DNA of 32,000 nt from Amoeboradix gromovi X-113. Its lineage: Eukaryota; Fungi; Sanchytriomycota. Under the pieces are notes generated by a model. That model searched no databases. It was given only the letters and a program-made list of their open reading frames with translations, and was not told the origin of the DNA. The DNA lies in assembly GCA_018985225.1 (NCBI GenBank), contig JADGIF010000014.1:10056-42055 (forward strand). Direction: 5' to 3'. Within the stretch, counting starts at the first letter, position 1. Each line of letters begins with the position of its first letter. Below, one piece after another: positions 19,354 to 28,472 of this stretch. The translations under genes were made by a program, and so were the position numbers.

Positions 19354-20487
19354 TTATTTAAAACTATATTTGCTATATATGCTTGACATTGACCCTCTGT
19401 TGTTCAATGAGTTTAATGGGCTTTGCCCTGCTTCAAACTCGTCTACTTCCTCAATAAATGGACTGCCTTTGTGATCATGTTCTAAACTAGGGCCTAGCAC
19501 GGCGTACAAACAAGCTGTCATGATTAAATAAACAAACCGGAAACACCCAAAAAAGAATTCTACAATCGCTTCTAACCCTAGAATAAAGACACCTACTGGA
19601 GCGTTATCATCACCGTTATCCACAGTGCTCTGACCGGAAGCAGATGCTCTTAATTCGTCAAATAATGATGACAATCCATTTCTCAAGTCAACCGTAGATG
19701 GTGCTTTTTGATTTCTTAAATTATTAGACTTGGATTCATATTTGCTCATCTCAAGAGAATCTTTCATACTTTGGATACGCTCTCTTTGACCATCATATTC
19801 CTGTTTGACGTTGGTAAGATATTCAACTTCGACTTCCAACTGATCAACGAGTTTGTCCAGCTCATCCCTATCCTCTATAACCTCATTCAACTCTTTTTTT
19901 AGTTCCTTGATGGTGGATTTCTCGTTAAGTGACCTCTGGTTCAAAACATAAACCTCATTTTGCAATTCTTCTAATACATCGATGCTAGAATCTTCGCGCG
20001 ATAGCAACTTGATTTGCGACTTTTCTTTTTGAAGGAATAGTTTTTCATCTTCCAAATTCAGCTGAATTTGTTCCATTTCGTATACCTGACTCTTAAGATT
20101 CTCAATCTCACTTTCATATGTGTCTATGCATGTTTGAGTATGTTTGCGTTCACTTTTCAATGAGTTCTCCAAATTTTCGTTGCTAATTTGTAGACTTGTG
20201 ATGTATTCCTCAAGTTCTGCAATTGTTGTCGAATTAGTCTGTGGCATATGCATTTGTTGCAAAGAGTTGTATTTGAACACAATGTCATCATACTGAGTTT
20301 TCAAGTAATTCAGATCATCTTTGGCATTCTTATTATCTTCTTGTATTTCCCTTAACTGTCCATTAATTTCTTCGTTTTTTGACTCAACTAACTTCTCATA
20401 GAGTTCAGTTAATCTTGACTTGTCTGATTCTTTAATTTCTAGCATTTCTAACTCGCTTAAAAATAAAAGTGCTGTGGAATCAATCAT
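19354..20487 (-). CDS. Long coiled-coil protein with C-terminal hydrophobic segment (tail-anchored, golgin-like architecture)
   Basis: ~260 aa of acidic heptads followed by VGVFILGLEAIVEFFFGCFRFVYLIMTACLYAVLGP. First ATG at 20487. Confidence 0.75.
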   Translation of the reverse strand: MIDSTALLFLSELEMLEIKESDKSRLTELYEKLVESKNEEINGQLREIQEDNKNAKDDLNYLKTQYDDIVFKYNSLQQMHMPQTNSTTIAELEEYITSLQISNENLENSLKSERKHTQTCIDTYESEIENLKSQVYEMEQIQLNLEDEKLFLQKEKSQIKLLSREDSSIDVLEELQNEVYVLNQRSLNEKSTIKELKKELNEVIEDRDELDKLVDQLEVEVEYLTNVKQEYDGQRERIQSMKDSLEMSKYESKSNNLRNQKAPSTVDLRNGLSSLFDELRASASGQSTVDNGDDNAPVGVFILGLEAIVEFFFGCFRFVYLIMTACLYAVLGPSLEHDHKGSPFIEEVDEFEAGQSPLNSLNNRGSMSSIYSKYSFK

Positions 20488-21848
20488 TTTTGAAAAGTGA
20501 CCCTCGTGACACTCCACAAAAACTTGTAAAACTTTTTAAAACAAAATTGTCTCAAAAGGCAGAACTAATCTCCCAGAAGTGTCTCACATTTATCACCTAT
20601 GCTTTAAGCGATAACATATCGCTTATTCCCCTTCTTTGCCAGTGACCTATCGCTATTGTACAACAGACTTAAATATGACTTGAGATTGTTTTCAGATGCA
20701 TTACATTTCAATCCGCAGCTACATTGCAGTGGGCACGCTGGCACAACCTTGTGCCTCTATGAAATCGCTAAATACTTTTATGCTTGCAATCATTTAGAAC
20801 GTTACAATAATTTCATAATTAGGATATTCCTGGTCAAAATTTCTGACTTATGAGTATAGTAAGAATTTGCACAGTGAAACTGAAAAAACCTCCCGCTGCG
20901 TTAAAGTGTTAGCTCACGCTTTCACAACCCGAGGGGGGTTGAACAAGGTTGCATATAAGATATGTTCCTAGCTGCCATATGATTCTCTATATGCTTCAAA
21001 ATGACAATGCAATTGATGCTAAACAAGATTATCGCAGTTGTATGCAGTTATAAAAGTCTAGAAAAAGAGCACGTTGGACCGAAATAGCTCAAGTAACCAA
21101 GATACATGGTTTTTTAAAATAAATCGATGCGTCTGGTAACAACAGTGTATGTATCCCTTGTTATGACGTTCTTTTACTTTCCCATATCTTATGTTCGTTA
21201 TCACGATTCATATTCACCACCAGCACCTTACCTAGCAACTATTTCTATATAAACTAGCTCAACATATGTTACCCTATTTCAGAAAATGTCACCAATCCAA
21301 GTCGAAAGGCCAACCGAAAAGATTAGAATTTGGATGTCTTTCTTTCGTCTGTCGCTTTTACAGTCACAGTTTATCACTTCTTATTTCTGATTAACATTCG
21401 TATCTGATGGCATGATGATTTCGGATTCCTATTGTGGTTTCTAGGTGTTCCTCCTACTTGGAACTGGGGCCATTTTGCCAAAATGGGTTTCCTATATTAA
21501 ATGTCGTGGTACCGATGAAGATTCCAGTGTTGGTATAATAGTCTGTTATAATACAACGAAACCAAATTAGTATTTAGAGTTCAGCCTAACAAGCGTAAAA
21601 TTTACTTACTAAAAGCATCGCAATTCTAGGAGCTTTGGCAAATTAAAAAAAGACCAAATATCGATCCAAAGCAGTTTATGGCAACGCAGAAGCTAAAGAA
21701 ATTATAAACTTTGATGACCTTGTGCAAAATAAGAGAAAATTTATCATAAAACAAGCTACGCACTGCCCTCGCTCCTTAGTGAACCCTATGATTCGCATAA
21801 ACCGGTTAATAAATAGGAAATTAAAAAGTTTCTTGATTTCGGAAAAAT

Positions 21849-22724
21849 TTACTCAGTCTTAGTTTCCAAGGATACAACATGATTTTGTATAATTTTTGCA
21901 ATTCGAAGCGGTGCATCTCCTTGAGAAATAGGAGCATGTCCTACACCACGAAATAAATACAAAGGGTATTCCAAGTTACAAGCTACAGCCGCAGTGAATT
22001 GGGGTCTAATCAATATATCAGAATCCCCACCAATTACAACGCTAGGAATTTTTAGTTTACGAATAGTTTCAATTTCTCTACTTTTAAGTTTAAAATAAAA
22101 TGAAGAAGCAATGTGTCCAACAACTGCTCTGAATCTTGTTGCTGGTCTACTATAATATGCAAAGTCCATCTCTTCAATTTTATGGAAATAATTTCTAATT
22201 CCATCAGAGTGTCGTGCTTTTAAATAAGCAACAGGAAACAACAAGGGAGCTACAAAATAACTTCTCCAGCTCTTCCAAAATATGGCAATTAGATTAGTAA
22301 CCCAGAGAAGAAGAATAGCAGTCCAACTTGGAATGCCTCTGCCCTTTAAGGCTGTCGAAATTAAGGTTTGAGATTCGACTCTCTCAGGGTACTTGTGGGC
22401 AACTTTTAAGCTAATGAAGCCCCCCATACTTACACCGCAAATGTGAAATTTATTCCATTTCAAATGATCCGCAATTCTAATAACGTCCTCCGCAAATATA
22501 TCAATTGAATAGTTGACAGGGGTACTTGAATATCCGGTACCCCTCAGATCGAAGGTGCAAATAGTAAAGTCTTTCAAATGCGGAATTATGAATCTCCAAA
22601 TAGAAGAATTTGTACTCATTCCGTTTAACATCATTAATTTGTTTTTTCCATTCCCATGAAGTTGATACCACAAACTAATATCCTCACCTTTAGATTGGAA
22701 TGTAAAAGTAGATTCTTCGGGCAT
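21849..22724 (-). CDS. Alpha/beta-fold hydrolase
   Basis: LNG oxyanion region, FDLRGTGYS, nucleophile elbow GVSMG, Asp in GGDSDILI, His in GVGHAP. Confidence 0.92.
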   Translation of the reverse strand: MPEESTFTFQSKGEDISLWYQLHGNGKNKLMMLNGMSTNSSIWRFIIPHLKDFTICTFDLRGTGYSSTPVNYSIDIFAEDVIRIADHLKWNKFHICGVSMGGFISLKVAHKYPERVESQTLISTALKGRGIPSWTAILLLWVTNLIAIFWKSWRSYFVAPLLFPVAYLKARHSDGIRNYFHKIEEMDFAYYSRPATRFRAVVGHIASSFYFKLKSREIETIRKLKIPSVVIGGDSDILIRPQFTAAVACNLEYPLYLFRGVGHAPISQGDAPLRIAKIIQNHVVSLETKTE

Positions 22725-23896
22725 GATCAAACAAAACTAGGAGATTTTGGGATTTTTTCAGCAAATTGACAGCTCGATTGTTTTCTTAAATAAATCATTT
22801 ATCGCGAGTTTGTGTGCATTTTATATAATTTCATGACTTTTCCGATAGCTTAAATACTCGATATTCTTCCTTTTCACTAACGGTAAATCAAATCTAAAGA
22901 AATAACTAGCAGGTACAGCATACATTCATCAACGCTGAGGAACTGGTCCAAACATGGAAGAATTAGATGTCTTTCAATGCCTATAAGAGATATTTGCACA
23001 GTTTATTCAAGGAACGCTTGAAGTTCAAGTGTTAACAAAGAGGAAGGACGATAGTTGATTGTAATGAATCATTTACTAGTCAGAGATGTACAAGGTGTGG
23101 TACTCTAAAGAAAACCAACTTAGAAACCTACACCTGTACGAATTGTCATTTGGAAATAGATAGAGACAATATGGCAGCAAGGAACATATACATCAAGTAT
23201 ATGTTTCCTTATTCGATCCCGCCTTGCGGTAATGCAAGCGTGAGCAGTTACTGTAACGGAGCATCTAGCACTGCTAGCTTCTCTGCCGAAATTCTCGATT
23301 TTCTCGGAAATCAGGACTTTTAACGAGGAGTGCAGACTAAAGGAGTAAGGAAGTTAGCATGCTTCATTAAGGCCAAACAAAAATGTATCCGAAGCTAGAT
23401 CACAAATACTATATTAGAGCACTAGAGTTACAATCCACAGAGCACCAAACCCAAAAGCTGTGAATGCGGTATATAAATTTCTGCTAAGAAAGACACTAGC
23501 TATGAGTATGAACTAGGATGAAAAGGTATAAGAAAGCAAAAGGGCGTGACAAAAAGTCATTTACTGCGGTAAAAGCAGTTTTAATACAATAAAAGGTTAT
23601 TTAGTGAGCTGAGCAAGTGACTCGTGTCTTTACTTGATAGAAAGACGCTGGTGCTACTTTCCTAGGTTCCGAAGATCCGAAATTTGCTTATGTTGTCACA
23701 GCACTGATTGCAAGTTAAGTGCATTCAGAAATCTCGTAGATGCCAAGGATTCCATGTTACCCTCTGTTATGCAGTGTTAAATTCATATGAAGTCTATTGA
23801 GAGTAAATTAAAGGCCTAGTCGGCAAATAACAGGTTTATATGATAAGCATTTCTCAGCTAAAACACTGGATGCCTTTTCTCTCCAACTTCTTTAGA

Positions 23897-24390
23897 CGTT
23901 TGGGACACCAAATATAAAAACTAGACCAACTCGTTTTTAAAGGTGCACCATACGGAGGAAATGCTATCATTTATAAAAGATCTTCTTCTTTCAAACCAAT
24001 TTTCTTTCATTGATTGTATTCCTCTTTTTAAAATAAAAATAGAAGACCCTACATCTCGTTCAAATATATGAGGTCTTTGAGCATCTAAGCAAAAGGTGCA
24101 TTTTCTTAGACGGTACTCTTTTCTAGAGTCCTTTTGTAATGTTATACTAACATCATTACTCTTGTCTATTCTAGTTTTTACAGTGATAGTGATATTTTAA
24201 TTGAAATAAAGATTGGCTGAAAGAGTAAGAGAATAGCTGTACAGAATATTTATTTTCCTTTTATACTCGCCAACTCCGCAACTAGCTGAATGTCCACTCG
24301 CCTTTTAAATCCATAAAGTAATAAAGCTGAAATAATGCTCCAAGTTGTTACTGAAAGTTAGTCCAGTTTTTATATTTGATGTCCCAATTG
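23897..24390. mobile_element. MITE-like / internally deleted DNA transposon bounded by ~32-35-bp terminal inverted repeats
   Basis: 23900-23931 TTGGGACACCAAATATAAAAACTAGACCAACT versus the reverse complement of 24356-24387 TTGGGACATCAAATATAAAAACTGGACTAACT (29/32). TA follows the right end. Confidence 0.6.
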
Positions 24391-24663
24391 TAAAAAGTCT
24401 GTCTTGCAATTGTAGATTAGCTCCAAAGCAACTAATTACAAGAAATTGATCGAGGATTGAGCGCTAATATAAGATGTTGAAAGTGATGGAAATGGGAAAC
24501 GTTTTGGAAATGAATTCAGTTACAATTGTTCTCCCTTGGTTCATAGCAGGGTTATCAAAGGAGGCTACATAAGGATCAGACGCCAATCTAAATAGCGCCT
24601 ATCTTGCTAGTTGAGATTCATAAAATTAAGAAACGTTTGGGGATTACGTGAGCTCTTTAAAAC

Positions 24664-27600
24664 ATGCTCAAGGTGCATTCCTTATTTGATGGAGAAGTTC
24701 AGGCCAATTTTTCGTTCCATTCAACTTCGTATAAACTCACACTTCTTTACCATTTTTTGGGTGTAGTTACATTCAGTTTGAGCTATTTAATACTATACTG
24801 GATCCCTAGTTTATACGTCAAATATTTTACTATTCCTGCTACCGAAGAACATAACATTCTTGTCTTTATAACAAACGACTGGAAGCAATCTGAACTAGTT
24901 AAGGTAGAACATTTATTCTATAACGGACTTACTGAGAACGCTGTGCCTAATAAACGGGGTAAGTTAGACTATCTGAATGTATTCATGTACAGGCATAAAA
25001 GATACATTTATTTAGAAGGTGAGGTAATTAAACAAGAGGAGTGGAAGGACTTCGACTTAAGAGGCTTAGACGCTGATACCGCATCCCAAAGGTCCCTGTC
25101 ATTTGGCAAAAATGAAATACTAGTACCTAATCCCACTATTTTTCAGCTACTTGTAGGTGAGATATTGCACCCATTTTATATATTTCAAATGTTTTCAGTC
25201 GTTTTGTGGTTTGCGGAGGATTACGTTTATTACGCTGCTTGCATCTTATTAATTAGTGTTGTCAGCGTATCGAAGTCTCTACACGACACTAAAAAAAACA
25301 TCAGACGATTGGAGGATCTTGCTAAATCATCTATTTTAATTGAAGTCCAAAGAAGTGGCTCATGGATAACTGTAGATTCTTCAGAACTATGTTTAGGTGA
25401 CTTGTACAAGGTTCCTTTACATTCTATACCAGCAGATAGTATATTAATACAAGGACAGTGTGTTGTTGATGAATGCATGTTAACCGGTGAGTCTGTTACT
25501 GTAACAAAATCAAGCACTAGCGAATTAGTGACATTCGATCTCGGACATCCGATGCTGAATCTAAATCTTCAAAAACACTTCATCTACAATGGAACCACTG
25601 TTTTACAGTTGCAGAAAGATTCAGTTGCAATGGTTATAAGAACTGGATACAAAACATGCAAGGGGATGCTAATCAGATCTATCCTACACCCTAAGCCTCA
25701 ATCTTACAAGTTTTATCAGGATTCTGTCAAGTTTGTTGTATTTTTAGCTGGCATAGCATTGCTAGGATTTCTTTATAGCTGCGTTCAATTTGTTACTGCT
25801 GGAGAACCTTTCGTGGTCATTTTGGTAGCTAGTTTAGATTTGATTACCATTGCTGTTCCGCCTGCTCTTCCAAGTACACTAACTGCTGGAATTAGTTTTG
25901 CTCTGTCTCGGCTGAGCAAAATTCAAATCTATTGTATTAGCCCTTCGAGAATTAATGTAGCTGGTCAGGTCAACTTTATCCTCTTTGACAAGACAGGCAC
26001 CTTAACAATCAATAATCTAACTCTTAAAATTGTGTTGCAATACGCAGACGAATGCCTATCGATTAAAGATAACATTTCACTGGAATTTAAAACTATCATG
26101 GCTACTTGTCACTCATTGACATCGATAAACAATATTATGTGCGGTGATCCGTTGGAGTTAGAAATGTTTGGTTTCACAGATGCGCTCTTCATTAATTCAT
26201 CAACGATCAGGCTTTTAGACTCAGAAGTAGAAATATTGAAGATATTTGATTTTGATCCCAACTTGAGACGAATGAGTGTACTTTGCAGGCATAAAAACAA
26301 AGTAATAGTCTGTACCAAAGGTGCTCCAGAAAGCATTAAAGAAATATGTGGATCTATATCTAGCGAGTTTGATGAGCAGCTACGCCATTACAGTCATTCA
26401 GGATACAGGGTATTAGCATGTGCAATAAAGTACGATGCCAAAGTAAACAGTACACGAGAAGAAATAGAAAAAAATCTAGAATTTACTGGGTTTTTAATAT
26501 TTGAGAACAAACTTAAGAAAGAAACAGCAGATACTATTAGTAAGCTACACAGTGCATATTTGAGTACTGCGATGTGCACTGGGGATAACCTTTTAACCGC
26601 TATATCTGTTGCAAAGGAATGTAACATATTAAATGTTCCCAATAAAATGGTTTTGAAAACATCTAGTGACATTGAACTGCAGCAGCTGGTGAGTGAATCA
26701 GACAGAAATTACACCCTAGTTGTACCTAGCTATGAGGATGGTGATTTAGTATGGTCTGGATTCGATCAACCTGAGTTTAAAACAAACAATCCTTTTGATT
26801 ATGAGTACTTGAGATTTGCACTAGATGGACAGCATTTTGAGATAGTTAAGGCCATTAAATCTGTCGATTACACATATCGCGTACTGTCTAATTGTAGCGT
26901 ATACGCCAGAATGACACCCGATCAAAAGAAGTCGGTTGTAGAGTACTTGCAAAAATACAACAACATCGTGTTGTTTTGTGGTGATGGGGCTAATGATTGC
27001 GCAGCATTGAAAGCGAGCGACGTAGGCCTTAGTCTGAGTGAAGCAGAGGCTAGCATTGCTGCACCGTTCACAAGTAAGAATTTCGAGATTAACTGTGTTT
27101 TAGACCTAATAAAGGAAGGCAGAGCTGCTCTAGTGACTAGTTTTGGCTGTTTTAAATACATGGCACTCTACTCTATGACCCAATTCTTTACTGTCACCAT
27201 TCTATATAGTCTGGGAAGTAACTTGAGTGACTTTCAATTTCTCTTTATAGACCTGTTCCTGGTACTTCCATTGGCTATAACAATGGCTTATAGTCCACCA
27301 TGTGAGAAACTGAGTGTTGAGAAACCGGTAATTGACTTGATGAGTTTACTGGTGGTTTTACCGCTAATCATGCAAATTATAACGCAAGCTATATGTCAGC
27401 TGGGCATATATTATATAGTTCAGCTGCAGCCGTTTTATACTCCTTCAGTATTAAGCCTTGAAGACAAGAGTTTGATGTGCTATGAGTCATCGAGCGTCTT
27501 CACTATATCATGCATAATATACATTTCATTCGCAATTGTGTATTTTATGGGAAGACCGTATAGATTACCTATATACAAGTCTAGGATATTCGCAACAGCC

Positions 27601-27804
27601 CTGGGAATATCTTTGACCTGCGTATTGTTAATAATGATGACAGATATTGGAGACACAATGTTGAGTCTGAACAGTATGCCATTATATTACAGATCATACA
27701 TGTTCCTGTACGGAATAGCTGTGTTTCTGGTTATCTGGTCTGGCGAGAATTACCTGTTTGTCAAATTAGCAGTAAAATTGAATTCCTTGCGGTCGAAAAA
27801 ATAA
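24664..27804 (+). CDS. YPK9: P5B-type P-type ATPase (Ypk9/ATP13A2-like vacuolar polyamine transporter)
   Basis: TGES, PPALP in TM4 (P5B signature), DKTGT, GDPLE, KGAPE, TGDN, GDGANDC, EASIAAPFTS. Confidence 0.95.
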   Translation: MLKVHSLFDGEVQANFSFHSTSYKLTLLYHFLGVVTFSLSYLILYWIPSLYVKYFTIPATEEHNILVFITNDWKQSELVKVEHLFYNGLTENAVPNKRGKLDYLNVFMYRHKRYIYLEGEVIKQEEWKDFDLRGLDADTASQRSLSFGKNEILVPNPTIFQLLVGEILHPFYIFQMFSVVLWFAEDYVYYAACILLISVVSVSKSLHDTKKNIRRLEDLAKSSILIEVQRSGSWITVDSSELCLGDLYKVPLHSIPADSILIQGQCVVDECMLTGESVTVTKSSTSELVTFDLGHPMLNLNLQKHFIYNGTTVLQLQKDSVAMVIRTGYKTCKGMLIRSILHPKPQSYKFYQDSVKFVVFLAGIALLGFLYSCVQFVTAGEPFVVILVASLDLITIAVPPALPSTLTAGISFALSRLSKIQIYCISPSRINVAGQVNFILFDKTGTLTINNLTLKIVLQYADECLSIKDNISLEFKTIMATCHSLTSINNIMCGDPLELEMFGFTDALFINSSTIRLLDSEVEILKIFDFDPNLRRMSVLCRHKNKVIVCTKGAPESIKEICGSISSEFDEQLRHYSHSGYRVLACAIKYDAKVNSTREEIEKNLEFTGFLIFENKLKKETADTISKLHSAYLSTAMCTGDNLLTAISVAKECNILNVPNKMVLKTSSDIELQQLVSESDRNYTLVVPSYEDGDLVWSGFDQPEFKTNNPFDYEYLRFALDGQHFEIVKAIKSVDYTYRVLSNCSVYARMTPDQKKSVVEYLQKYNNIVLFCGDGANDCAALKASDVGLSLSEAEASIAAPFTSKNFEINCVLDLIKEGRAALVTSFGCFKYMALYSMTQFFTVTILYSLGSNLSDFQFLFIDLFLVLPLAITMAYSPPCEKLSVEKPVIDLMSLLVVLPLIMQIITQAICQLGIYYIVQLQPFYTPSVLSLEDKSLMCYESSSVFTISCIIYISFAIVYFMGRPYRLPIYKSRIFATALGISLTCVLLIMMTDIGDTMLSLNSMPLYYRSYMFLYGIAVFLVIWSGENYLFVKLAVKLNSLRSKK

Positions 27805-28472
27805 ATGTCTTTCTAAAAGTACTAGTATATTCATCAATTTGCTTGGCTTATCTAATAAGAATCTTTGGTACTCGAAATCAGTTGATCATAACTTGGATCT
27901 TCCCCAGGCACGAATTTGTTCTCAGTGAGATAATCTAGAATTTCTAAAACAGCTGGAAAAAGAAGTTGGTTGTATAACTCATTCTGTTCCCTGTATGTAC
28001 ATTCGACCACGTTTGAACGCTTTGATTCGCTTTTGGTATCATGTGCTTCTCCAACAATTGATAACACAGAACACTCGCTTGAGCCTAGAAAGGAAATATT
28101 ATTAATAACGGATGTTTGTGAGATTTCATCCCATTTTCTCTTGCTCCTAAAAACATTTTTGTATTGGCAAAATTCACTTTAAACAAAACCACAGATTACT
28201 TAGTACTAAAGAGACAAGACACTTTTCCGATGCAGCAATGCCAATGAAAAAATAAACTTCTGGGTCATAAAATTCTGGTAGCAAGCTATGAAAAACAGTT
28301 TGACAAAGAAGAATAGTAGCAGCACAAATTCTCCTGATCTCTAGATAATAGTGTGGTGCAACATTGCAAAATTTAGCCAGTCCAGTTTTTACAGCAAGTA
28401 TCCCACTTGTAGAAGCATTTACTTCTGTTGGTATCCAGCCACACTGGTGATTGCAGATAAACTAGGATATCC

